The notes under the pieces were generated by a model. That model searched no databases. It saw nothing but the letters and a program-made list of their open reading frames with translations, and was not told the origin of the DNA. Of a stretch of DNA of 64,000 nt, positions 1-9,955 are shown in pieces (within the stretch, counting starts at the first letter, position 1; the number at the start of each line of letters is the position of its first letter). The position numbers and the translations under genes are program-made. This DNA is from an uncultured Acidobacteriota bacterium (lineage in GTDB: Bacteria > Acidobacteriota > Thermoanaerobaculia > UBA5066 > Gp7-AA6): assembly GCA_963764715.1 (NCBI GenBank), contig CAVXTP010000006.1, positions 224,001 through 288,000 of the forward strand, written 5' to 3'.

Positions 1-481
1 AGAGCGTCACGACGAGGGCGCTCGAGCTCGACAGTCCCGACGCCCGGGGCAGGTCGCTCGCGAGGACGACGTCGGCGCCGCGCAGCCGTCCCGGAAAGTT
101 GCGCGCCAGTCGGGCGGCGACCGTCTCGACGTAGACCCTCCAGCCCGTCGCGGTGGGAACGAGCGTCGGATCGAGCGGCACCTCCACCTCGAGACGCCGG
201 ACCGCGTCGACGACCCGCAGGATGCGGTCGTCCCGCGGGGAGGCCGCGGCGCAGAAACCCCGGCCGACCGTGCAGAGGAGGCTCCGCCCGCCGGCGTAGT
301 CGGTGTGCTTGCCGAGGATCTCGATCCGGCCCGGCACGAACCAGCGCGCGGACGGGCCGGAGGGACGGACCGCCGTGCGAAACGCGGCGTCCACCTGCTC
401 GAAGAGCTCGCGCTTGCGCCGGGCCTCGGCGGGCGTCAGCCCGGCGGCGGCGAGCCGCTCGTCGATCGCGACGCCGCTCAC
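1..481 (-). CDS. Galactokinase-like GHMP sugar kinase (5' part; runs off the window start)
   Basis: Manual translation from GTG 481: MSGVAIDERL...VPGRIEILGKHTDYAGG (variant galactokinase signature)...DLPRASGLSSSSA (GHMP ATP-binding motif). GTGA overlap with the upstream stop. Not in the ORF track. Confidence 0.85.
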   Translation of the reverse strand, partial: MSGVAIDERLAAAGLTPAEARRKRELFEQVDAAFRTAVRPSGPSARWFVPGRIEILGKHTDYAGGRSLLCTVGRGFCAAASPRDDRILRVVDAVRRLEVEVPLDPTLVPTATGWRVYVETVAARLARNFPGRLRGADVVLASDLPRASGLSSSSALVVTL

Positions 482-1287
482 GGCCGCGGCTCCGTGCCCG
501 CCAGACGCCGCTCGACCTCGGCGACGTCGGCGCGGGTCGAGAGGTCGAGCACGCCCTCCTCACAGGGAACCGTTCGGAATCGCTCGCCGCGGGCGATCGC
601 CCAGGCGACGGCCTGCGGAAGCTCGCGTTCGCCGCGCGCCGAGACCGGCACGCGCCGGCAGGCCTCGAAGATCGAGGGCGCAAAGCGCCAGAGGTTCATG
701 CTGAGGAGGACCCGGCCCCGGGCCTGACCCGCGTCCGGGGCCTTCTCGACGATGCTCCGCAGGAATCCGACCGGCCCCACGTCGAGGACCGCGAAGGCGT
801 CGACCCGCTCCCGCGTGAAGTTGCTCCGGGCGAGGAGGCTCTCGCGCTCGAAGACCGGAAGGCCCGGGCCCGGGAGCTCGACGAGCGCGCGCACGGCGGA
901 GGCCGGATAGAGATTGTCGGAGTTGAGCGCGAGCAGGTCCTCCCCCGCGGCGAACGCCTCCGCCGCCAGGAGCGCGTCGGCGCTGCCGGCCGGCTCCGCC
1001 TGTTCGGCGAGCTCCACGCGGACGCGGCCGCGCACCTTCGAATAGCGCTGCCGGAGGCCCCCGCCGCCTTTCGGTGCGACGAGGCAGGCGTCCTCGACGC
1101 CCGCGTCCGCGAGCACCGACAGGACGTAGTCGAGGAACGGCCGTCCACGGATCGGCATCAGGCCCTTCCAGCCGCGGTCTGCCGCGTCCGCCTGCTCCGC
1201 CGTCAGGCGCGCGGCAGGGTCGGGCCGGCGCATCCGCGTGCCGCGCCCGGCGGCGAGAACGACGGCCTTCCTCGGGCGTCCGGTCAT
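478..1287 (-). CDS. Sugar-phosphate nucleotidyltransferase family protein
   Basis: MTGRPRKAVVLAAGRGTRM...KGLMPI.GRPFLDY, GELP-like motif RGERELP. ATGA overlap with the upstream gene. Confidence 0.85.
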   Translation of the reverse strand: MTGRPRKAVVLAAGRGTRMRRPDPAARLTAEQADAADRGWKGLMPIRGRPFLDYVLSVLADAGVEDACLVAPKGGGGLRQRYSKVRGRVRVELAEQAEPAGSADALLAAEAFAAGEDLLALNSDNLYPASAVRALVELPGPGLPVFERESLLARSNFTRERVDAFAVLDVGPVGFLRSIVEKAPDAGQARGRVLLSMNLWRFAPSIFEACRRVPVSARGERELPQAVAWAIARGERFRTVPCEEGVLDLSTRADVAEVERRLAGTEPRP

Positions 1288-2084
1288 CGCGGACCGGGAG
1301 CCCCGGGCGCCGGGACCTCCCGCACGACGCGAAACCCCAGGCTGAACCCCCGGTCGTCCGGCCGGTGCGTGTACCGGAGCGCCGACCGGGCGCTGTTGGC
1401 GTCGAAGTACCAGGATCCGCCGCGGATGACCTTGCGCGGCGAGCCGCAGGCGCCGACCGGGTCGACCGCGGGGCCTTCGGCGTACGGGCAGAAGTCGTCC
1501 TCGCACCACTCCCACACGTTGCCGTGCATGTCGAGAAGGCCCCACGGGTTGGGAGGGAACGCGCCCGCGGGCGTCGTCCGGGCGCGGAAGAGCCCCGGCG
1601 GCGCCCCGGCGTACGGATACCGGCCGTCGTAGTTGGCCTGCGCCGTCGTCAGGTTCTCGCCGGTCGAGAACGGCGTCGCCGTGCCCGCCCGGCAGGCGTA
1701 CTCCCACTCCGCTTCGGTCGGCAGCCGGAAGACGCCGCCGGAGAGCTCCGACAGGCGCCGCAGGAACCGCCGCACCTCGTGCCAGTTGACCTCCTCGACC
1801 GGGCAGGCCCCGCAATCCCGGAACCGGGACGGCCGCGTGCCCATGACTTTCGACCACTGGTCCTGCGTGACCTCGGAGCGTCCCATCTCGAACGCGCGGC
1901 TGATTCGCACACGGTGCCGATTCTCGCCGGGCTCGCGCCCGCGCTCGTCCTCGGGGCTCCCCATCCAGAACTCCCCCGCCGGGATCCGGACGAGCTCGAT
2001 GCCGGCGACCGGCTCGCGCCGGACGTCCGCCGCCTCCGCGGAAGGCGCGCGGAGGCCGGCCGCGAGGACCGCGACGGCGATCAC
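1284..2084 (-). CDS. Formylglycine-generating enzyme (SUMF1/FGE-sulfatase) domain protein, probably exported
   Basis: GEFWMGS, RLPTEAEWEYACRAG, NPWGLLDMHGNVWEW, RGGSW and GFRVV motifs. GTG start overlaps the cupin stop. Confidence 0.85.
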   Translation of the reverse strand: MIAVAVLAAGLRAPSAEAADVRREPVAGIELVRIPAGEFWMGSPEDERGREPGENRHRVRISRAFEMGRSEVTQDQWSKVMGTRPSRFRDCGACPVEEVNWHEVRRFLRRLSELSGGVFRLPTEAEWEYACRAGTATPFSTGENLTTAQANYDGRYPYAGAPPGLFRARTTPAGAFPPNPWGLLDMHGNVWEWCEDDFCPYAEGPAVDPVGACGSPRKVIRGGSWYFDANSARSALRYTHRPDDRGFSLGFRVVREVPAPGAPGPR

Positions 2085-2437
2085 TTCGCGTAAGCGCCGG
2101 CCCCGAGGAGGTGGATCGAGACGTAGGGCCGATCTCCGACGACCCAGCTGTCGTGCGGCACGGCCGGGACGTGGAAAAGCGAGCCCTCCGTCAGCTCGAT
2201 CACGCGTCCGTCCTCGAAGGCGACGGTCGCCGTCCCCGACACGACGAGCCCGACGTGCTCGACGAGGCAGCGCGCGGCGCCGACCACGGGGCCGACGTGC
2301 TCCGACCAGCGCCAGCCGGGCTCGTACGTGGCCCGGCCCACCGTCATGCCGCCGATCGAGACGAGCTCGAGGCGGCCCTTCTCGAAAACGCGCGTCTCGT
2401 CGGGCGTCTCGAACCGTTTCCGGACGACGTCGTCCAT
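2081..2437 (-). CDS. Cupin domain protein
   Basis: EPGWRWSEH...H.GLVVSG...PHDSWVVGD cupin motifs. Confidence 0.8.
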   Translation of the reverse strand: MDDVVRKRFETPDETRVFEKGRLELVSIGGMTVGRATYEPGWRWSEHVGPVVGAARCLVEHVGLVVSGTATVAFEDGRVIELTEGSLFHVPAVPHDSWVVGDRPYVSIHLLGAGAYAK

Positions 2438-2440
2438 CCC

Positions 2441-3454
2441 TCAACCTCCCAGAATGGCGTAACGGAGGCCTTCACCGCGCCGCTGCGCCTCGAGAAAGCG
2501 CGGAACGTCCGCCAGGGTTCCGCGCGCCGTGACGAGGGGGCGCGGATCGATCTCGCCGGCGGCGAGCGCGTCGAGCGCGGCGCGGGCCTCGGTCGGCGTG
2601 TAGTGAAACGAACCGGTCAGCGAGATCTCGGCGTAGTGAAGGCGCGCGGCGTCGAAACGCACCGACGTGCCGGGCGCGCAGCCGCCGAAGAGGAGGGCCT
2701 GGCCTCCCGGACGCACGAGCTCCGGAAGGAGCTCCCAGACTCCGCCGTCTCCCGTGCAGTCCACCGCGATGTCGGGAGGCCCGCCGGACTCGGAGACGAG
2801 GGCCTCGGGCCCCTGCCGCGACCGGTCGACGTACCGTACCCCGAACCGCGCCGCGATGGCCGCACGCTCCGGGCGTCTCCCCGCGACGAGGACTTCGAGC
2901 CCGTGCCGGCGGGCGACGGCGGCCCACAGGAACGCCAGGGCCCCGGCGCCGTAAACGAGGAGCGTTCCGGACGGCGCGCGCAGGCGGTTCCAGCCGTGCA
3001 GGACCGAAGCCAGCGGATCCAGGAACGCCGCGACCTCGTCGTCGAGGCCGTCGGGGATGCGGTGCAGGTTCGCCGCGACCACGCCCGCGGGGATCCGGAC
3101 GTGCTCGGCGAACGCTCCCCAGGCCCGGTCGGCGTGCCCCGCCGCGCAGAGGTTCGCGCGGCCCCCGTGGCAGTCGGCGCAGCGGCCGCAGGGTCCGGAG
3201 ATCCCCGGAACCACGCGCTCCCCGACCTTCCAGGCGGTGACCTCCGGTCCCACCGCCGCGATCTCGCCCGCGACCTCGTGGCCCATCGTCAGAGGGAGCC
3301 CGATGCGCGGGTGGCCGCGCGCGAGAATCTTGAGATCCGTGCCGCAGGTCAGCGCAGCGCGCATCCGCAGGACGACTTCGCCCCGGCCGGGGGCGGGAGG
3401 GTCGAGAGCCTTCTCTTCGTAACTCCCGATGCTGGTCTGCACGAAGCCGCGCAT
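2441..3454 (-). CDS. Zinc-dependent alcohol/polyol dehydrogenase (MDR family)
   Basis: CGTD, GHE and CxxCxxC...C zinc ligands, GAGALA nucleotide-binding motif. Start may be 3454 or 3475. Confidence 0.85.
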   Translation of the reverse strand: MRGFVQTSIGSYEEKALDPPAPGRGEVVLRMRAALTCGTDLKILARGHPRIGLPLTMGHEVAGEIAAVGPEVTAWKVGERVVPGISGPCGRCADCHGGRANLCAAGHADRAWGAFAEHVRIPAGVVAANLHRIPDGLDDEVAAFLDPLASVLHGWNRLRAPSGTLLVYGAGALAFLWAAVARRHGLEVLVAGRRPERAAIAARFGVRYVDRSRQGPEALVSESGGPPDIAVDCTGDGGVWELLPELVRPGGQALLFGGCAPGTSVRFDAARLHYAEISLTGSFHYTPTEARAALDALAAGEIDPRPLVTARGTLADVPRFLEAQRRGEGLRYAILGG

Positions 3455-3493
3455 GGATCGGGCTTCACATATCACGATCGCCGAAGGGAATAG

Positions 3494-3519
3494 AAAAGGG
3501 GCGCCCTCGCGGGCGCCCC
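3494..3519 (-). terminator. Rho-independent terminator after M4 peptidase copy 1
   Basis: GGGGCGCCC/GGGCGCCCC stem followed by a U-tract on the minus strand. Confidence 0.7.
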
Positions 3520-3541
3520 GAAGAGATCCGAAGAACGAAGC

Positions 3542-6355
3542 CTACCGGCAGCGGAACACGGACACATCGTCGACGTACCAGCCGGTCCGCCCGCCGCAGC
3601 TGTCCTGACCCTGGTCGAAGCGAAGCTGGATGGTGTCGCCGGCGTGGGCGTACGGCGCGAGGTTGATGATCGAACGGCTCCAGGTGCCGCCCGTCGATCC
3701 GTCGTCCTCACCCGCGAACGCGGTCTGACCCGCCAGCGGGTCGCTGTTGAACGTGGCCGGGAAGAGCCGCTCGGTGTAGCCGTTGTAGATGAAATCGGCG
3801 TTCGCGATGAGCGTCCACGCGCCGCCGTTCACGCTGATCCTGACGTTGCCGCCGTCGAAACCCGGTTCCGTCGCGAACCAGTGCACGAACGTCAGCCGCG
3901 GGCTCGTGGCGCTGGAGGGCAGCGTGATGAGCGGGCTGTCCAGGTGCCGCACGACCGTCTGATCCGAGAACGTGTAGGCGTTGCAGGTGTAGTCCTTGTC
4001 GGGAGCGAAGAACGCCTGGCCCGGGCGGTCGTCCGGCAGATTGCCGACGATCTCCCACTCGGTGCCGTCGAAGTCGGGCGTCGTGCCCGCGTGGCTGATC
4101 GTCCAGCCCTGGCCGGCCTTGGCGGGATGGTCGAAGTTCTCGTCGTAGATGCCGGCCGCATGGCCACCCGGGCAAAGGGCCGGCGGATTCTGGCCGAGCT
4201 GCGGCGGATCGAAGTCGCACGGGGGCTCCGCCCGCATCTCGACGGCCTTCATGGCCTTCCTGACCTGTTGAATGTCATTGCCGGTGATCTTCTCGTTCGT
4301 GAGCGCGCCGGTGACCAGGTCCCGGAGCTTCTGGCCGAGCAGATCGTGGGCCGACTGCTCGATGGCGTCGGCGTGGTCTGCGAAATCGGTCGACGGAACC
4401 TGGTAGACGCTCATCGCCCGGAAGTAGATGTGCGCCGCCTTCGTCAGGCCGATGCCCGTGATCGTCTGGCCGTTGTACGTCCCGCCATCGACCAGGAGCG
4501 CGTAGGCGTGGTTGGGGATGCCCGAGTTGGTGTGCACGCCGCCGCTGTCGTTGGCGAGGTCGCACACGTACTCGAACGCATCCGAGACCTTGCCGGGGTT
4601 GCCGAAGCAGCGGGGATTCCACATGTCGCGGAGCGCGCCGAAGAGGTCTGGACTCGTGTCGTCCTCGCCGATCAACCAGCGCGCCGACTCGTCGGTGCCG
4701 ACCTGGAACGTGAGGGTCGCCTGGGCCGGCAGCCCGGCCTTGATCGCCTCGCCGTCGGCGTGGGTGACCTCGACGGTGGCGATCGCCGCGCTCCCGGTCA
4801 GGCCGAGGAGGCCGGCGGCGGGGCCCACGAAAATGACCCCGGTCGCTCCGGCGTTGAAGGCATTCGTGGACCGGGCCACCGAGCCGCACTCGTTGTTGCC
4901 GTCGGGGAGGAGCGTCCAGTCGATGATGGCGATCTTTCCGGAGACGCCACTGACGGCGCCACAGGCGCCGGTCGGTTGGAAGGGCGCCGTCGTCGCGGCG
5001 ATCGCCATATCCGTGGGACCGACCGTGAGAGGCAGCGGAGGCTCGAGGACCGAGATGAGACCGGGGTAGGTGCCCGCCGCGCTGCCGCCCGTGATGGTCA
5101 CGGTCGGAGGCGGGACGCCGAAGTACGTGGAGCAGGCGTCGGCGCTGCGCGGCCCGTTCAAGAACGGGAACGCATCGCGGCCGTTGATGCGGTCGATGGT
5201 CTCGCCGAAGATGTCCGAATAGGACTCGTTGAGGGCGCCCGACTGCCATTCGTAGATGAGGCCGTCGGTGTACTCGGTGTAGGCGTGCGTCCACTCGTGG
5301 CCCGTCACGTCGTCCGTCGTGAAGCCGTTGCAGAAGGAGATGAACGCTCCGTTCCACGACGCGTTCGGGCACTGGTAGCCGCGGTTGAAGATCGAGTCCA
5401 GCACGTGGCCGGCGCCGTCATAGGAGTCGCGGCCGAAGGCGTTCTTGTAGAAGTCGTACACCTCTTTGGACGAGGTGATCATGTTGTTGGCTTCAGGGAC
5501 GGCCGTCGGGAAGGGCTGTCCTTCGACCCAGAACGGCGAGCCCGGATACTCCGGCGGAACGACCGGCAGAAACCGGCCGTCGTAGGCGCGCCGGGTCATG
5601 GCGTCGTAGATGCCGGGCAGCCGGTCGACGATCTTGCCCGAGTGCGCGTCGACGTAGATGAACTCGCGCACGTCGACGTCGTTGCTCACCTCGACCTGCC
5701 AGACGAGGTGGTTCGCGCCGGGCGGCCGCGCACCAGACCCGCGCGGTAGACCATGAGGAGACCGGAGCGCGCGGTCAGCGCGGCGGCAGCCCGCATGCTC
5801 GCTGCTCACCATCCGAATGGCGGCGGCGGACGCGTCCGTCGCGGCATAGCTCGGAGTGACGTCGAGGTCGAGGTCCGGGATCAGCGTGCCGTTGACAACG
5901 AGCAGCCGGCCGGCGGAGTCGAAGTGTGTCTTCAGGGTCGCCGCGAAAACGGGCACGCCCCTGTAGAACTGGTGATAACGAAAGTGCCGCCCGCCGAGCG
6001 CGTCGGTTTCCTCGCGCCCGAGCACGAGATCCTTCGAATCCCGTAGACCGAACAATCCGGCATAGCTGCTCATGAAAGCCGCAGCCTTCGACTTCGCTTC
6101 CGCGCCGCCCGAGGCCATCAGGTCCGCTCCCGCGGCGGCGTCGTCCGCCGCCACCGACACGAATCGCGCGACGCCCGTGGCTTTCGAGTAGCTGATCCGA
6201 GAGCGGCCGCCCGTCGCCTTCTGCAGGCGCTCGACGGTGCGCTCGTCGACGTTCCTTCGCTTTCCGTCCACCTTCTCGGCAGCCCGGGCGGAGCCCGAGC
6301 CCGCAAGAAGGAGGACGAAAGCCAGCGCGGAACTGAGGAGACTCAGCTTTCGCAT
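3542..6355 (-). CDS. Secreted M4 (thermolysin-like) metallopeptidase with FTP/PepSY propeptide, inserted PA domain and C-terminal beta-sandwich
   Basis: Signal peptide; HEWTH zinc motif, NESYSD third ligand, GGVHTNSG motif; PA-like insert (GACG...GKIAII..ECG). A short compensating frameshifted stretch lies near 5720-5795. Confidence 0.9.
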   Translation of the reverse strand: MRKLSLLSSALAFVLLLAGSGSARAAEKVDGKRRNVDERTVERLQKATGGRSRISYSKATGVARFVSVAADDAAAGADLMASGGAEAKSKAAAFMSSYAGLFGLRDSKDLVLGREETDALGGRHFRYHQFYRGVPVFAATLKTHFDSAGRLLVVNGTLIPDLDLDVTPSYAATDASAAAIRMVSSEHAGCRRADRALRSPHGLPRGSGARPPGANHLVWQVEVSNDVDVREFIYVDAHSGKIVDRLPGIYDAMTRRAYDGRFLPVVPPEYPGSPFWVEGQPFPTAVPEANNMITSSKEVYDFYKNAFGRDSYDGAGHVLDSIFNRGYQCPNASWNGAFISFCNGFTTDDVTGHEWTHAYTEYTDGLIYEWQSGALNESYSDIFGETIDRINGRDAFPFLNGPRSADACSTYFGVPPPTVTITGGSAAGTYPGLISVLEPPLPLTVGPTDMAIAATTAPFQPTGACGAVSGVSGKIAIIDWTLLPDGNNECGSVARSTNAFNAGATGVIFVGPAAGLLGLTGSAAIATVEVTHADGEAIKAGLPAQATLTFQVGTDESARWLIGEDDTSPDLFGALRDMWNPRCFGNPGKVSDAFEYVCDLANDSGGVHTNSGIPNHAYALLVDGGTYNGQTITGIGLTKAAHIYFRAMSVYQVPSTDFADHADAIEQSAHDLLGQKLRDLVTGALTNEKITGNDIQQVRKAMKAVEMRAEPPCDFDPPQLGQNPPALCPGGHAAGIYDENFDHPAKAGQGWTISHAGTTPDFDGTEWEIVGNLPDDRPGQAFFAPDKDYTCNAYTFSDQTVVRHLDSPLITLPSSATSPRLTFVHWFATEPGFDGGNVRISVNGGAWTLIANADFIYNGYTERLFPATFNSDPLAGQTAFAGEDDGSTGGTWSRSIINLAPYAHAGDTIQLRFDQGQDSCGGRTGWYVDDVSVFRCR

Positions 6356-6576
6356 TCGAAACCTCCCTTTCGAAAAAAGGAAACGATGATTGCGACGCTC
6401 GATGCGCGGGAGTCTACGGCGCGGAAAAGTGCGCGTCGCGAAATCAATTCTTGTTTTTTGAACGGGAAGTCATCGGAGACGGTCGGGGCCTCCGTAGGAT
6501 CCGCAAGGCATCTCGGCCGACCCGTTCACATCGCGAATGAGCTCGTTGACGCGGAACGAACGGCCGCGAGGCGTCG

Positions 6577-6604
6577 AAAAAAGGGGCGCCCCTGTGGGCG
6601 CCCC
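6577..6604 (-). terminator. Rho-independent terminator after M4 peptidase copy 2
   Basis: Same GGGGCGCCC stem as 3494-3519, plus a U6 tract. Confidence 0.7.
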
Positions 6605-6625
6605 TGGTTCGAATCTCTTACGGGA

Positions 6626-9455
6626 TCAGTGGCACTTGTAGACCATCAGGTCGTCGATGTACCAGCCGACGACGCCCGTGCAGCCGTCGTTGCCGATGTC
6701 GAACCGCAGCCGGATCTTGTCCTTCGGGTGCGCGTACGGCGCCAGGTTGACGATCGAGCGACCCCAGGAGCCGCCGACCGCACCGCCGTCCGTTCCGGAG
6801 AAGGCCGGCTGGCCCGCCAGCGGATTCGTGTTCCCTGCCGCGGCCGTGAACAGAATCGTGTTGTACGGGTTGTAGATGAAGTCGGCGGCCTGAACGAGCG
6901 TCCACGGTCCGTCGTTGACGCTGATCTTCAGGTTGCCGCCGTCCCAGCCAGCCTCGGTCGCCACCCAGTGAACGAACGTCAGCATCGGGCAGCCGAGACG
7001 GACGCCGGGATCGAGATCTTGGGGCTGTCGAGGTGAAGGACGGCCGACTCGTCTCCTCCGCGGCGCGCAGGTGCCGATGTCGGGATCGGCGCCGAAGAAG
7101 GCCTTGCCGGGCTGACCGTCCGGCAGATCCGAGACGACGACCCAGTCGCGCGGCGTGAAATCCGCCGTGACGGCGTCATGGCTGACGGTCCAGCGCGCCG
7201 ACGAGGAGTTCCCGTTGTCGAAGTTGTCCTTGAAGATCTGAGACGCCGAAGCCCGAGGAGCACAGCGCCGGCGGGTTCTTGGCCGAGCAGCGGCTGGAAG
7301 TTGCACTGCGTCGGCGGAGTTGCGCATCTCGACGGCGAGCATCGCCTTGTGGACCTGGGCGAGGTCGCGCACGAGGTGATGATCTGACCCGACGGAGGCC
7401 CGTGTACGAGGTCGGTGAGGTTGACGCCCACGAGGTCGGACGCCGACTGCTCGATCGCGTCCGCGTGGTCGGCAAAGTCCGTGGCCGGGTTCTGGTAGAC
7501 CGTCATGGCCCGGAAGTAGATGTGCGCGGCCTTGGTCAGGCCGATGCCGCTGATCGTCTGCCCGTTGTACATGCCACCGTCCACGATGAGGGCGTACGCA
7601 TGGTTCGGGACGCCGGAGTTGGTGTGCACGCCGCCGTTGTCGGCGGTCGAGCCGTGTAGAACGTGTCCGAGACCTTGCCGGGGTTGCCGAAGCAGCGGGG
7701 GTTCCACATGTCGCGGAGGGCGCCGGTGAGGCCCACCGCCGTGTCGTCCTCGCCGACGAGCCAGCGCACCGAGTTGTCGGTCCGACGACCGCGGAGCGAT
7801 CGTCGCGCTGGCCGGCAGGCCGACCTCGATGGTCGCGCCGTCGGCGCTGGTGACCTCGACACTGGCGACGCGGGATGACGCCCAGGTTCGGAGGCCGACG
7901 CGGCGGCCACGAAGATGATGCCCGTCGCGCCGCCGCGACGAGGGCGTTTACGGCGCGGGCACCGGAGCCGCACTCGTTGGCCGCCGCTCGACGAGTGAGC
8001 GTCCAGTCGACGATCGCGATCTTGCCGCGCGACGCCGGTGACGGCGCCGCAAGCACCGCGTCGGTCGAAGGGCGCCGCGGTAGCGGCGATCGCCATCGGC
8101 CGTGGGTCCGACCGTGAACGGACGTCGGCGGCTCAGTTGACGGAAGCACGGGCGAAGTAGCTGCCGGCCGCGACTGCCGCCGGCGATCGTCAGCGGCGAG
8201 TTGACGGTGACGCCGGAGGCCAAAGATCGAAGCATGCGGCCGCCGTGCGAGGGTTGTCCGGCGTATCGCCGATCTCCCGGCCGTTGATCCGGTCGATCGT
8301 CTCGCCGAAGATGTCCGAGTAGGACTCGTTCAGCGCGCCCGGCTGCCACTGGTAGATCAGGCCGTGCGTGTACTGCGTGTAGGCATGCGTCCACTCGTGG
8401 CCCGTGACGTCGTCCGTCGTCAGGCCGGGGCAGAACGAGATGAACGTCCCGTTCCACGAGGCGTTCGGGCAGCTGTAGCCGCGATTGAAGATCGAGTCCA
8501 TGATCGCCCCGGCGCCGTCGAACGAGTCACGTCCGAAGGCGTTCTTGTAGAAGTCGTACGTCTCCTTGGAGGACGATGATCATGTTGTCGGCTTCGGTCG
8601 ACGCCGGTCGGGAACGCGTCCCCTTCCGACCAGAACGGCGAGCCGGGATAGGCTCGGCGGAACGGATCGGGAAGGAACAGCGCCGTCGTACGCCCGCCGG
8701 AACATCGCATCGACGATGCCGGGCAGCCGGTCGACGATCTTGCCCGAGTGGGCGTCGACGTAGACGAACTCGCGGATGTCCGCGCCGTTGCCGACCTCGA
8801 TCTGGTAGGTCAGGTGGTTCTCGCCTTCGATTCCGCGGGCGAGGTCCGTGCGGTAGACCATGAGGAGGCCCGATCGGGCGTAGACGTCCCGGCCCGCGTT
8901 GTCGGCGCCGACGGCCGCGATCGCCGCGGCGGCGGCCTCGGCGGCGGTCCGAGTCGGATCGGGATTCACCCGAATCTCCGGGATGACGTTGCCGTTGACC
9001 GAGGTCAACTCTCCGTCGCGTTGAAGTGGGCCCGCAGCATGCCCGCGAAGACCGGGCACGCCGCGGTAGGTCTGCGCGTAGCTGACGTGGCGCCCGCCGA
9101 GCTCGTCGGTGCGCTCGCCGCTGACCTGCAGCTCGGCTTCCGAGCCGCGCAGGCCGAAGATGCCCGGCGTACTCGCGGATGAAGGCCGACGACTTCTCGC
9201 GCGCCGAGCCCGAGACGGAGCCCATGAGATCGCCGCGCTCGCCGGGCTCGATGCCGACGAAGCGCGACGGCGCCGGTTGCCGTCGAGATGCTGACGCGGG
9301 CGTGTCCGCCGGTGCTGCTCCTTGAGTCGTTCGACACCTGCCGGGTCCAGACCTTTCTGCTTTCCGTTCTCTTTCTCGGCAGCCTGGGCCATGCCCGGGC
9401 CTGCGAGAAGGAGAAGGAAAGCGAGCCCCGAAACGAGAATCCTCGCTCTTCGCAT
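6626..9455 (-). pseudogene. Second M4 metallopeptidase paralog, fragmented by many frameshifts (pseudogene or sequence errors)
   Basis: Pieces in different frames match copy 1 in order: MRRARILVSG signal, FVYVDAHSGKIVDRLPGI, HEWTHAYT/NESYSD, GGVHTNSG, GWYIDDLMVYKCH stop. Confidence 0.85.
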
Positions 9456-9522
9456 TCGAAACCTCCATTCGAAAAAGAACTCCGTCCACCGGAGACAACT
9501 TGGAAACTTATTGGGACGGAGT

Positions 9523-9955
9523 CTATAGCCGGTGGAGGGAGAGGGAGGCAAGATAATCTTCGGGCCGGATGGGCCGCCCGGAGACGGGGTACGGCTGGAG
9601 GCCGAGGAGGGTCACCTCGAGCCCGCCGACGACTGCTTCGGAGCTCGCCGCGCCCCAGGTTCGAGCTCGACCCGCTCCGGCGCGTTGGATCCGACGGCGA
9701 TCTCCAGGACGATCCGGGCGTTGCCCGCGACGATGCACTGTTCGCCTTTCGGACAGCGCGAGTCCTCGGAAACGCCGACGAACTTCGCCGTGATCTTCTC
9801 GGCCGGGATCGAGGCGGTCTGGCCGACCTTCAGGGTAAACGGCTGATCGAGAGCGGCTTCGACCGAGCCCTCGCAGCGAAGCCCCGCGGCACAGGAGTGA
9901 AAAAAATGCGCTGACGACGAGGACGCTGGCGCGAGCCGCGACCGCCGGACCTCAC
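9523..9955 (-). pseudogene. Small exported hypothetical protein (DSRCP...C.AG family), frameshifted
   Basis: Fragment FTLKVGQTA..VSEDSRCPKGEQCIVAGNA continues in another frame as VTLLGLQPYP. GTGA overlap with the ispA stop. Confidence 0.55.

Noticed and set aside
6626-9455. Programmed ribosomal frameshifting in M4 copy 2
   Set aside because: Too many scattered frame changes and no slippery-site/stimulator pattern
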